Source of the DNA: Syncephalis fuscata S228 | Lineage: Eukaryota > Fungi > Zoopagomycota | Assembly (NCBI GenBank): GCA_025786725.1 | Contig: JAHLTZ010000016.1 | Span: 372,001-436,000, forward strand | DNA length: 64,000 bases | Direction of reading: 5' to 3' | Shown: positions 29,490 through 42,616 of the stretch, one piece after another | Numbering within the stretch: position 1 is the stretch's first letter | Layout of the letters: the number at the start of each line of letters is the position of its first letter | Notes under the pieces: generated by a model | The model's input: only the letters and a program-made list of their open reading frames with translations | Databases searched by the model: none | What the model was told of the DNA's origin: nothing | Made by a program: the position numbers and the translations under genes

Positions 29490-30394
29490 ATATTTTATAA
29501 TTACATCATATTCTAATTATATTTCGATGCCATCATTTATTTCTATTTACGTTGATCTTAATAGATTAAAAGCGTTACATTTTCAGTAGTAAATCATCAT
29601 CAGTTTCTAATACTGAGATGTATATTTTATTAATGCAATTTAATGCTAATTAAGTTAATTTAAATGAAGTCAGCAGTACAGTACAATATATTCAATATCT
29701 GTGGATAACAGACTATTAAGTAGATGAATAATTGTAGCAAATATTATATTGTATATGATAACAACAATGGATCAATAGAGAATAATACATACATGAGTGT
29801 TTATTCTATTGTTTGGATTTCCAACATAAGTATACAGTAATAATATATTTACCATATCAATAAAGAGGTAATAATAGTATCATTTGTATGTTACTAAACG
29901 TTTATTATTATCATAAAGTCACAGTAGTAAATTAACAATTGTGTATATAAATTATTATTAATATATGTCCACGTTAAATATTTTATATTTCAATACTGCT
30001 GAGTCCATTTATAATATCTATAAATTACTGTTAGTAATGTTGTTATTGTTAATAACTAGCAGGATTAGGATTAGGATTATTGCTAGTTGTGTATGTACGT
30101 TTAATATCTCTTTTTATTTCCACTAATAGTTGTACAACTAACATTGATTAAGTCGCGGATCTATAAATCGAATATCGTTAATAAAAAATATGACGATAAA
30201 ACGAACACAACTAAAGACGACCGGCGTCATTGTAAATTGTAGACTACAAGTTTCAAATTGTAAAGAAACATCACACAAGTCACAACCGTTGTGTCATTGT
30301 TTGATGGAAATAAAACAAACCAATAAAATAAAATGTATCAACTATTACTTTGCAGTAATGGCATGATTAGTACCATTTGGTTGCAAAATTAATA

Positions 30395-30964
30395 TTAATG
30401 ATTGGTGTTATAACCATTTCCATAAGCTGAAGGCATCACTGCTTGTTGTGGCTGTGGCTGCCGTTGCTGTGGCTGTTGCTGCTGTTGTTGTGGCTGTTGC
30501 TGCTGTTGTTGTGGCTGTTGCTGCTGTTGTTGTGGCTGTTGCTGCTGTTGTTGTGGCTGCTGCTGTTGCTTCTGTTGCTGCTGCTGCTGCTGCTGTTGTT
30601 GTGGCTGCTGCTGTTGCTTCTGTTGCTGCTGCTGCTGCTGCTGCTGTTGCTGTTGCTGTTGTGGAGAAAAAGCAGAGGATGAAGTAAGGGGAATGGCAGC
30701 CTTTATTTTAAGAAGCTTTTCTAGTTGCTCCTCCAAACTACCTGCTGGTGGTTCAGGCGTCTGCGAAGGCTGTTGCTTTTCCTGATTAGCTGGAGCATCC
30801 ACGATAACGCTCTCATAGCCTGAACCGCCCTCTTTAATACCTGTTGAATTCAACGGCAAACGAATTTGGGGATTATCCACAGGTCTCATGGCTACTGGAC
30901 CAACAAACACAGCAGCCCACAATAGACCAGCACAGTACACTTTGAACAGAGTCGAAGATTGCAT
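30395..30964 (-). CDS. Putative secreted protein with poly-Q / PQQQQQQ repeat tail
   Basis: 189-aa ORF; signal-like MQSSTLFKVYCAGLLWAAVFVGPVAM followed by RP; coding-like composition. Confidence 0.7.
   Translation of the reverse strand: MQSSTLFKVYCAGLLWAAVFVGPVAMRPVDNPQIRLPLNSTGIKEGGSGYESVIVDAPANQEKQQPSQTPEPPAGSLEEQLEKLLKIKAAIPLTSSSAFSPQQQQQQQQQQQQQQKQQQQPQQQQQQQQQQKQQQQPQQQQQQPQQQQQQPQQQQQQPQQQQQQPQQRQPQPQQAVMPSAYGNGYNTNH
30446..30662 (-). repeat. CAG/CAA trinucleotide tract with 21-bp CCA(CAR)6 units (coding poly-Q)
   Basis: Directly visible TGC/TGT repeats on + strand. Confidence 0.95.
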
Positions 30965-32279
30965 TGTAGATATAGTATAATTATTCCTAGGCGATTAAAC
31001 AATACTATTTGATTGAAGAAGAAAAGGAGAAGGAACGAGACTGGCGGTTAGGCTTTAGTAGATAGACACGAAAGAAAGGAGAAAACGATACGGCAGATAG
31101 CGGAGTATCAAGTAAGAAATATAGTGTTGTTAAAGGCAAATGGATAAACGCACAAACACATGCGTACTTACCAAAATAACTATAATAATGCTCAGCGAAG
31201 AACTACCGTTTCAAACGGATATGTAAAAAACTGCAGTGGCAATTAGAAGCCGAGTAAGAATAAGAACACTACAGTAGTGGAATAGCACGAGAATGTGGCA
31301 AAGTTGGCAAGAAAACAGGCACGTCAACAGCATCACATTTTATGGGCCATCCATATCTATCCGCTACTATGAAAGAGCTGAGGTCTCAAAACAACAGTGC
31401 ATGTTTTGGCAGCATGCATAAAAGGCGGCCCCGTATTCCCTTTACTAGGCAAAAGAATCACGTGATGTTTTGGAGCTATTGCGGAGGATGGTGAGCTCGC
31501 ACAGTCTTCATACAGTGGTACCGTACACGACTCGTATGCGGACAGGCATATTGTGCAGGGTTTGTTTTCGTATTCCGTCGTTAAACTGCAGATTGGCAAT
31601 TGTACTAAGGTCATAAAAAAACTAGTGAAAATTAGCGACGCTATTCAAATGGTTTGAAGTATTGCGTGTTCTGCCAAGTTTTTTGTTATATTTTATTCGA
31701 CAAACAGGTGAAGCATTCGGTTGCACCAGCACGTTTAATGCCATTATCCTTTTTTTATTGCATTAGTGGATTGCATTGAGTAGTCGATAACTGACACGGT
31801 AATAGAATACCACCGATAAATGTCCAAGTCTTGGCACTAATTAGTAAAATGGCATTGTATTGTGCAAATCGCTCAACTTAGCCAAAATACCAGAATTGCT
31901 ATCCAGTTGTTAACTACTATCTATTAAGCATGAATTAAATTGCACATGGTTATTCATTTTACCTTTAACACATGTATACTTCTGGTTTATTGTTCAAAAT
32001 ATGTCAATTATTGTGTATTAAGACTCAAGTCATCAATTGGCAGTAAACGTGTTGATCTAAACTTATGGCATGCTCTTACTGTTGATTATAGATCTATAAA
32101 TTAACGCACTTACACTGTAACAGAAATACACTTGTATTATTGGTAAGGTGATGTTAAAAATAGGAGTAAACAATGATCTAATTTTAGCAGTGTCAGGTAT
32201 TGCGTATTATCTGTATTGAGACAATAATCGACACAATGGCTCTACCCCTTAGTTTATTTGTTTTGTTATTTTTACAGTC

Positions 32280-33261
32280 ATGACAATAGCTACAGCAAGT
32301 GCATTGTTTCGCAGTAACAATTCGTCTCGTTGGCGTGCAGCCTTGGACGATTATTCTCGTGCTATTCGTAGCATGTCTGAAGCTAAAGAGAGGCCAAGTT
32401 CGGCGACAGCTAGAGAACAAGCTGGCCAAGCTATCGCATCGGCTGTTGCAACCACAAGAGCTAAAAAAACATCCAAGGGGAAAAGGCAAAAAGAGGAAAC
32501 AGCAAATTTGCTTCAACTAGATCGGTGGTATCAAAATGAGTTACCACAAGTTTTACGAGAGCGAGAACCAGCATATATGGAATATGACGAGTTAGTAAAG
32601 CTATTGAATTGGAAACTTAATGTAAGGGGATACTATCGAGGGCAATCCATTGTACTAACATCGTAATTTTCTATAAAGAGAGGCAAGTTCAGGCCTCGTC
32701 TTATAACTCTGATCAAATCTAATAAGCCAGCCGATGTACAAAAAGCAACCTCTAAAGCATTCGCACTATTCGCTACACTGGCTACTGACGAGCAAAGTGG
32801 TTCAGACGAAGATAGTAAAGAGTCGTTTCATATGAAAGAAGAGCGCGTGCTTGCCGAAGCTTTGAAAGATTTGTGTACACTACATGGTGTTGGACCAGCT
32901 ACTGCGTCGGCCATTTTGGCCGCTTATGATAGCGATATTGCGCACAACGAATATGACCAAGTAGGATAGCTAAAGTTATTACTATTTTATGATTACTAAG
33001 ACCAGTTTGCTAATTTAAAAGCCTGAAGATTCTTCTGGACAAGGTCGGGTCCCATTTATGGCAGATGAAGCTATAGAGGCAATACCTGAAGTGCCATCAG
33101 GTCGATATACTGCACCTGTATATCTGCGGCTATTTCGGGCTTTACGCGACAAAGCAGTGGAACTGAATGGCAGCGCAGAGAATGAAGCATCCGTTTCTTT
33201 CCATTGGTCGGCACGCAAAGTGGAGATTGCTCTTTGGGCCGCAGCAGTTTCAAATGTCTAA
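32280..33261 (+). CDS. Helix-hairpin-helix DNA-glycosylase-like protein (Amun-like family), 2 introns
   Basis: LDRWYQNELP, ELVKLLNWKL|RGKFRPRL..LIKSN, LCTLHGVGPATASAIL (HhH), VPFMADEA, WSARKVEIALW. Confidence 0.75.
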
Positions 33262-33818
33262 ATGCTTACGTATAATATAGTTGAATTAAGCCCCAATCAG
33301 AAGTATATCTATTTGAGCATTTGCAGATATTAGGCAGTTGCATTGCTAAATATGTAATTGCGTGAATAGTATGAGAAAACAGAGAGTTTAGACAAATATA
33401 ATAATTTATTGGCTTTTAAAAGCACTAGTATTAAGCTATAATAAATCCAGTATCTTGATACATTCTATTGCTATTAAAAATGTATAACTTTAATTGAAAC
33501 TTTACAATACTAGCTTATCATTACAATCTAATAAGTTGCTAATACTAAATATCGGAATTTGTATTTATTTATAGCATTTCCATAGAATACCAAGTTTAAA
33601 TCCCGCTTATAAACAAGAATAGAATTTACACATTTATTAGCCAGTAGATGGATGTTCATTCGGCTATAAAAACCCGTTGGTTTTGCCTACTAACTTAGTG
33701 TTATCATCAGCAACATTTTGAATTCCTTTTTTCGTTTAATCCAAATTCTCAAAGACATCACAGGTCGTGGCCATTTTCTGTTATTTTTGTTAAAGCAGCT
33801 AAATCTTTCTCTGTCACC

Positions 33819-33977
33819 ATGAAAAGTTTTATTGCCAAAGTCGGTTTATTCAGCGTATTAGTGGTGATGACCATGCTTAGTCTTCAGGCTGACCAGCACG
33901 CGCTAGCCAGACCTAGCGACGAAGACGTCGTAGGTGCTATAGGGGATGGCTATTCAATTGAAAGAACGAAAGAATAG
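33819..33977 (+). CDS. Small putative secreted peptide (52 aa)
   Basis: CACCATG start; MKSFIAKVGLFSVLVVMTMLSLQADQHALA-RPSDEDVVGAIGDGYSIERTKE*; TATAAAA at ~33665; below the ORF-track length cutoff. Confidence 0.55.
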   Translation: MKSFIAKVGLFSVLVVMTMLSLQADQHALARPSDEDVVGAIGDGYSIERTKE

Positions 33978-35114
33978 CTCATAGGAAAACACGTTGATAA
34001 TTTCAAACCAATCTTCGATGCGTTGGACCTCAATTAAACATGAATTTATATATGAAAAGAATTCGATTAATCATGTATCAGCATCCAAATAGGTGTTTAT
34101 TGATATCAATAAAATGCGGGTCATTTAAAGTTTAAATAGGTGTACTATGATTCTGTGGCCATTAGTTGGATAGCATTCTTTAATTTGTTTTACTTGTATT
34201 TGCTCATCCAAGTTATTGGGTAGCTACTTTATCTTTCATAGTATGTTTATACTACTTTTCGTTTATTTGGCGAGTTTGACTGTCATGGTTTTATGTAAAC
34301 CAATCTATAAGCACTAGATGAAAATAATTTAAAATAATAGTACAAATAGACTATTATTTTATTAATATTATTATAAATGCTAGTCAATTTCTAGGTATAA
34401 GTACTATAATATGGCTAGTTAATAACATTATACAATTGCTATGTTTGTATTTTCTATTCTATCTACTATAATGTTACTGATCTATCTTTATTATTGACAA
34501 GACAATGGCAGTATTAACTATATGTTATTGATGGTTATTTGTCATAAAACCACTTGTATTTGACCAGTATGAATATACAACGAGAAAGTATAAACGGCAC
34601 TATTGAAATTTTAATGCAATTAATGTAATGAAATACTGTTTAACTACTGCTTTAAAATGTTTAAATGTAAAATAATAATCATTGTAAACAGCTTAAAACA
34701 TTAAATATTTGCTTGATACTTTAATGATATTTACATTACTAAATATGGTAATGTAAATTAATTAGAATTTTACATTTCTGTACTTTAAATGAATATTTTT
34801 TATCAATATTACTGGTACATTACTATTAAGACACTATAACTTACTACAAATAATAGGCTTTTTGCTGAGATTGAATGATTTTTTACTGTTTAGTATTAGA
34901 ATACAGAAAGGCTGTTTTGATTTAAAAACTTTTTCAAATGCTCAAAATAAAACCAACTTTTAGCAATATAAAGAATAAATAACCAACACAGTAGCCCAAA
35001 TGATATTGCTTAAAAACTGATCTATGCAAAATTAAATAGATTGCTTGTAATTTATGTAAATAATTTAGGTAATCTAAGCAATGTAAATATGTCTATATTA
35101 ATACTTCATTGTAG

Positions 35115-37735
35115 TTAAACTTTAGAAATATCAATCATAATATTAGGTGAGCGCCAAATGTCATAATCGCTATCCAATGCGATATTTCCGTATGGACGAA
35201 GTACCATTAACTCAAAGTAGTAAACTCCATTTGTAAGATTAATACTTTTGAGCGTCTTTTCGTCTACAGCTGCATTATTATGCCATTCAAAAGATTTTTC
35301 AGCACCAAACATAAGCTGTCTTCGAGAAATGTTGTTTTGGAAAGACCTAGGAATGGCACCGACTGCTTTCTTGGTAGCAGCATCATATATACGTGCTTTC
35401 GCATGTAGGCTAGGATATTCAATATCATATGATACAGTGATGAATTCATAACCAGTCATTACATAGGGCGTTTCCGTGTCTTCTGGTGGAATTTGTTGCT
35501 TTGTTAGTCTATTAGTCATTTCAATGGTAGGATCCTGCTTTAGAACGTGTATATCGCTTAAACGTCCTTTAATACCAAGATATGGTACATATATGGCATC
35601 GCTTGATGGCGTATTGTTTGAGTTTGTAGCCGGATCAAATACAATATAACCTGAATATACCCACTTCTCAGCTTCAGGCAACGTACTGGGTGGTGTAATT
35701 AGCACATCAATGCTGCCGATTTGACCGGCCGCAATTTTTACATGACTCGCTGAAAAGCTAACACTGGCTGGCGCGTCACGCGTCTCAGGCTGGAACATTG
35801 CTGTGCCATCGGCATTAAACCCGCATGCCGATACGGCTGGAACGTGGGTAACGGCGTAGACGCGATCGGAGCTTGACAAATTGGTAATACGCACAGTTCG
35901 ATTGCGTGCGTCACCATTGTGATTATCAGGATATTGCGTGTCGTTAAGAGCAAGCCGTGATGGCGTAACAAGCGTGGTGCCAAAAATGGCACGTTCGACA
36001 TTAATCATGCCAGCACCTTGAAGTGCAACCGAACTAGTAAGAGTGTTGTCGTTGACTTCAGTGGTAGGACGGGCAGTGTTTTGGAATAACTGGTGTAAAC
36101 GAGTACGATCAACCTTTTGAGCAGTATTGATCGATTTGTTGTCGATACCATTAACTTGCAAATAAAGCGCAATGGATCCGGCAACATATGGAGAAGACAT
36201 TGATGTGCCGCTCATCATGCCGTATTTACCCATTGTCAACGGCATGGCTGAGTAAATATAGCCACCGGGACCACCAATATCTGGCTTGATTTCGGCTCTG
36301 GAGCCAGGTCCCCATGCTGAAAAATCGGATAAGCGGCCTCCTGTAGACACCTCTACCGTAGCATGTTTATCAAACGAAACCTTCTGGTTTGGATTGCTTG
36401 CCAGACCTCTGACGATTGCTTCACCACTTGACTGTCCGATACCCAGTACAAGAATTTTTGCATTCGACACATTTAGATAGCTCACAGGGCCTGACATGTT
36501 TTCATATATGATCACGGCAGCAGCGCCAGCCTTTTCGGCATTTGAAACTTTAATATCGGGAGTACAATAGCCTTGTTTGATTAGTACAACTTTTCTATTT
36601 ACTTCATAGCCAAATGGCTTGCATCCCAATATATTGTTGGCGGGGCCGGCCACAACAATATCTGTGGCACTTATTTTCAAAGGGTCCATCTCGTTGTGTA
36701 GTTTATACGCAAATGTGGTATCGATTGCCGAACTAAGAGCCAGTGCAGGCACCGGATACTTGAAGTTATCAAGCGATGCGACTGAAAAAGCGCTAGGTGC
36801 AACAGAAGGAGTACTGACCTCCCAGAGACCGATATATCCCGTGTTGCCAGCCGATGCTACAACAATCAAGCCCTTCTGTGCAAGTATTTCGGCCAAAATA
36901 GCGCTACCAGACTGAGCCCAACTATTGGGATTAATAATTGATAGATTGACAATGTCCATACCGTCAGTGTAGGCACGATCCAATGCGCCATTAATAGCAT
37001 CGTTTGATGCAAAATTGCTGCAGTCAAGTACTCTATAGGCGCCAAATGTAACTTCTGGAGTAACGCCAATAAGTACTTCGTCACGGGCACCAATAATACC
37101 GGCCACGTGTGTGCCATGGCCAAGACATGTGTCGCGAGGATCGGCATCCTGAACAATACTATTTGCTGTGCCATCGTGTTTATCGCCAACAAAGTCCCAT
37201 CCGTAGGCGACACGACAGTCTGGACCAAAGCAGCCTCCTAAGGCTGGGTGCATGTAATCGATGCCGCTGTCAATAACACCAACCTTAACACCTTTGCCGT
37301 AGGTCTTATATTTTTTGTGCATCACATCCACGCCCGTCATACCATGCGAGTATGGTATTGGATTGTCTTCTTTTAATTTTTGCCGTTTAACAACTGGTCC
37401 GGCTATTTGGTTGATTGGCCAAATTGTTTTACGCCAGACACATTTTCAATAAATTTAAGGTTTTTGCTATCAGTATCAAAACTAATGGCGTTCATAGTAG
37501 CGGTAAGTGAATAGCGCACGCGGAAATTGATGTTTAGCTTTGTCAAGCTATCACGGAACGCAGCCTGCTGAGTAGCATCGTCGAGTTGAATCATAAAAGC
37601 ATTATCGAGTTTTCTAATTTTTGCAGCTGGCGCGGATGCAGTAGGAGATTGGCTTGAGACGCGCGCTCTTACTTGAGCCAACGCGCCATTTGCGGTAAAT
37701 GCCAGCAATAAAGCGGCTAAAAGAGTAGGTTTCAT
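35115..37735 (-). CDS. Secreted S8 subtilisin-like protease (prodomain, catalytic domain with PA insert, Fn3-like C-terminal domain); one apparent frameshift at ~37420
   Basis: Signal MKPTLLAALLLAFTANGALA; catalytic triad VIDSG, GHGTHVAG, SGTSMSSP; KPDIGGPG; QGAGMINV; ORFs 37403-37735 and 35115-37340 join if one base is restored (..KQIWPINQ..). Confidence 0.93.
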
Positions 37736-38294
37736 TGGATAATTGGGTTGATCTATATTGTTATCAAATAACCAAAATGCGAATATAGCAGATTATTGGA
37801 AATTGTAATGCTAAAACGAATTGCTACTAGATAGCATATGATTGTGTATGAGTTGTATTGTACATAATTCAAGCAAAAAAAATGCGATGCTTATATAGGA
37901 TCAACAGTCTCAATATTACTCCTGGTAGTTGGAAAATAAGCCGATTATTTACAAACAGGTCGTACCTCGACCATTTTACAACAAAATCTTGGTAGCTTAT
38001 GTCCATAAAGTCCTTGATTTTTATAATATAGAGGCCTATTTTTTATATCAAACAGCTTCACTCATCAAGTGTTTCATCTATTGCATTAAGAATTGTTTTA
38101 GCCACGTTTATAAATGTGCTGTTTGCAGAGTGGATAACAACAAGTAGGTATATATCTTGTATACGCCCTAATCAAGGCCTTGATTAGAAATAAAAAGATA
38201 TTATTGTAGTGAATTATAGTATTTCCATAAAATAAAGGCAAGAATTATATAATTTATAACTAATATGGTAACAATTGCAGTATATTGCTGCTGT

Positions 38295-38850
38295 TATTTC
38301 TTTTATTATTCAAACAAATACAAAACATTTTTTGCAAACATGTTGCAATTTGTTACATTCAATATACTTACATCTATACTATTTTTTTCACCAATAACAT
38401 TAATAGCTTAGCCGATTATTCCATTTATTCCTGTTAATTTATTACACTAATAAATGTTTATCGTGTGTCATTTCATTTCTAACATTTAATTTTAAAGTAC
38501 TTGGATTTGGGTTTATTAAATACATTAATCGCACATCATATTGTGCGTCATTTAACATTTACAATGATTTAATATGATTTGGGCCAAATGACTACATTTA
38601 ATAACATTCTATGACATATTGAATACATTCTATTGTTTATATGTTCCAATATACTTCACTCAGTCTACTCATTGCATTATACACGCTATAACTTTAACAT
38701 CGTTTTATATGCTTTCTTATCGTACATTTATTATTTCATACATCATTATATACTTGCATAGTCTTCCTCTATCCAAAGCTATTATTATTTTTGTTCCAAC
38801 TTTATTATTAATAAATGTTGGCTAATGTCAGTCATTTGATCATGCATATA
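38295..38850 (+). repeat. Dispersed ~555-bp repeat family A, copy 2
   Basis: Nearly identical to 25644-26199, offset 12651 bp. Confidence 0.95.
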
Positions 38851-39395
38851 CACACTATAAGCCCAATACTGTTAATTGTATATAGTTCTATTATAACGAC
38901 TGCATAATATTAAACTGTTGTCAATTTAAATTTAGCTTTTATTATAAACTTTATTTTATAAGTGTACAATGATAATGATATAATTGGATAAAGGATGTAT
39001 GCATACTGGATAATAAATCTATGATGCTGTGTATTTGGATTATAGATGTCACTTACCACCCACCATCATGTTCAGTGGAACGGATTTGTGGTTCAACTAC
39101 GCGAATGTTGTTAATGTTAGCAGTTAATTCCCAAATTACATCAAGTTGCTTAATATAAATTTAATGATATTGACAAAAATAAACAAATTGATTTATTATT
39201 TACTGAATAGTGTGAGTATAGCTTTATTAAATGCAGCTGAAATATATTACTATTTGCAAAATATTGCTATAATAAGTGTATGCAATTATACTAATTAACG
39301 AAAACCATATTTATTCAAACCATTGATTTAAAGCTATAGAGATAAAGAGAGGGATGGCATCGCTTGTCTCTAATACCAATCATTACAATTAGTAA

Positions 39396-42100
39396 TTAAG
39401 CTTTGGGTACAATTTTCCATTGGAGCAACGTGCCGTCAAGACCACCGACGGACACGGCCCATTGATTGTCGGCAGTAAAACCAACGGCTGTTACATGAGA
39501 AGCATGGCCACGGTATTTCTGGCTGGGCATCTTCTCTTGGTAGCATGGATAGGTGTGCAAACCAACTTGACTAAAGTCATTACCGCTAATAAGCAAGTTG
39601 CGATCGGCATTACGGGAAACGGCATTGATATCACGGCCGTGCATGCCTGGCTCCCAAATACCAACAGTTGGCCAAGCCATGGTTAACTCAAAGCTTTCCC
39701 AGTCGGTATCACTCATATCGGATGATTTGGTAATTTGTTCGCAAGAAGGAATGGACCAGAAAAGCAGTTCGTGTTCCATGCTATTTGTTTGCAAATACTT
39801 GCTATCCGCTGACCAATCTAGATGAATGACATGGCTTGAATGGCCACTGCACACACCAACCAATTTCCAGTTCGATGTATCATAGACACCAACGCCATTG
39901 TCGTCCTTGACCCCGCCTACTGCTAGATACTTGCCGTCGGGCGAGTATTTTAGCGGATGTTCAACGTCAGTTGAGCGGCCACCTTCCTCATGAAGCTCGC
40001 GTTGTGGAATTAATTGGTTTGCTTCAACAATAAATACATGGTCAGAAGTTGCACCAATAGCTACTTGATTACCAGATGGATGGTAGGCACAAGTACGTAG
40101 TGGACGGTCAAGCTGCAAACTAATCATTGGGTGGCGGTTCTCCAAATCCCAGCGAATAACACGCATATCTTCTGATACGGTAATACATTCAGGTGCTTCT
40201 GGATGCATGGCAAGGCCCCATACTTCAGCGTTATTCACCGTGCTATGTGCTTCAACTAGACGACGAGCCTCAGCATTGCCTTCGTTGGCTAGAATAGCAT
40301 CCATGCCACGGAGGACCATTATACTCGAGTCATCGTAGCCAATAGCCACTTGATTGCCATCCCAGCTAATGGCCCGAATAGCCGTATTGCTGCTAGTGTC
40401 ATGGTAGGCCACACGTGGCTTAGCTCCGGCCACGTGCAGTACAAGACGACCATCTTTACCACCGGTCAAGATGCCAACACCAGCTCTAGCAGCTGTGGCA
40501 AATACTGAGCCTTCATGAGCCTTTTCGGCTACGCTAATAACCTTATGGGAGTCTAGGCTCCAGGTGTAGATGTCACCGTTGTGGCAGCCAGTAACAACCG
40601 TCTTATCGTCGACAAAGGTTGCACTAAGCAGTGGCTGGATCTCACCAAGCTTGCCGAATATACCTTTACGTGCATCAAGCGTGTTGGCCACTGGATCGTA
40701 GGTCCAAAACTTGATATGCTTCACACCAACTGTAATAAATGTATGTGGATCCGTTGGATGGAATACAAGTTCTAGTACCTTGTCGGAATGGCCAGGAACA
40801 CTGCACAATGGCTCACCACCCTTGCGCCAGTCAAAGATCGACACCTATACGAATATTAGTAGGTAATTAACAGCAAGTTGTTTACTTACCATATGAGTAC
40901 TGTCAGAGCCAACGGCAGCAATATACTTGCCCTCGCCAGCTGAGAAAGCCATAGAAACAACACCAGCCATATTAGGCACACAGGTCAGCGAGGCAACAGT
41001 CTCGCCAGGCTTCTCAACTTCCCAGACCTTAATGAACACTTGCTTGTTATTGTTGTTGTAGACAGTGGCCTGATCACCCGTAGCAACGTATTTGTTGGAT
41101 GGATCAGTGGCCAATGATAGAATTTCAGCTGATTCATGGCCTTGGTAAATCGTTTGGCTATTACGAGCCATACTATGCACAATACCGAGCGAGGCTGTGT
41201 GGTAGATGACATTGTTGGTGCTTGTGATCAAACGAACATTGTTACGACAGTTACGTGCCCGGTAGCCATAGGCATGGGATAGCTGAAGTTCAGCTGCTGG
41301 TTCAGCCTTGACCGAAGTTGGATCAAAGGTTGATGGAGGGAAAATGGCACCAGCCCATGGACGTACAGCCTGTTGAAGCATAAATATAAATGACGTTATT
41401 AATGATGTTATTAAAACTTACACTAAAGTTTACTCCAGCTGCATAAGCTTCTCCTTTAAGCTTTTCTAATAAAATAATAGACTATTAGTATCAATTAATT
41501 TCATATTACCACTTAGCCTACCTGGTGATTCATGAGTCAATTTTAATGAAATACGAATATCGCCCTATTAACATTATTGTGTTAATATAACAATGCATTG
41601 TTATTGCTATATCCACTTACACTGCCACCATTTAATGGATACCATTCATCTTTCTCTTCGTCAATTTTAAGAGAGGAGAGATCAATAGACAAGTTGCCAA
41701 GAAAGTCGTCTGGTAGACCATAGTCATAATCGTAGACTTGAATATCCAGCTAATTGTATAGCTTGTAAGTATAAAGCGTTATTGTATAGCTATACGAGTC
41801 TTACCTCTTGCCCTTCAATATCGTCACCTGGCAAACGGAAGGCCTCGTTCCAACGTGGATCCAAAGAACGCTTGATGATACGGGAACGATGGTGACGTTT
41901 ACCAAGTCGGCAAACAACATATGGATCCGATGCACCTATCAATAATATAGACATGTTAGCATTGCTGTTCACTAAAAAGTCATAATAGTAATGGCACCAG
42001 CATACTTACCAGTGTCTTCGTCACGTGCATCTAAACTACGCGCCTCGTGCAATTTAACATGCAACTGAAGAGGTAGCTTTGACGAGTCATTAATGGTCAT
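39396..42100 (-). CDS. C2-domain + HELP/WD40 echinoderm microtubule-associated protein-like (EML) protein, multi-exon
   Basis: ATG 42100 LHVKLHEARSLDARDEDT|GASDPYV..SLDPRWNEAF..IQVYDYDY..DDFLG (C2); AVRPWAGAI..LQLSHAYGYRARNCRNN (HELP motif); EML-type WD40s GHSSHVIHLDWSADSKYLQTNS, YRGHASHVT..SVGGLDGTLLQWK. Confidence 0.85.
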
Positions 42101-42616
42101 TTTGTTAACGGCAAATGTACTTGCTAGTTATAAACAAAGAATAAACAAAAAGCAGCAGCAAGAGCAGTAGCAGTAGAAGCAGCAGTAGAAGCAGTAGTAG
42201 TAGATGACTGAGAAAGAATCAATAGACACTGGCTGTTACTTCTCTATTAGAGCGGTCTACCATCTAGGTCGGCTTTTATATTGGATCCTAGCTCCGTCAT
42301 CTCGGCTATCTACCTAATTGGCACACCGTCCACGCCTGCATCCGTCCATTTTAATTCGCCCCCAAACAATGCATGGTTGGTTGGACAAGTACGTCACGCA
42401 TGGCACAAATTCTGAAATAGACACCAGTACTGATGACGTGGAATAGAACAACAATGGCCATGCCACTACAGGTTAATGCAAGTCGGGCTAGGCACCAGTA
42501 TAATGGCAACGAATCAACCATTAGTCACATTCATATTATACCTAATAGAACATATAATAATAATAATGGTACTAGTTTATTTGAATATTACAATGATATA
42601 TCAATTCAATTTAATC

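Noticed and set aside
30443-30687. Poly-Leu and poly-Ala/Val ORFs on + strand
   Set aside because: Antisense shadows of the poly-Q tract.
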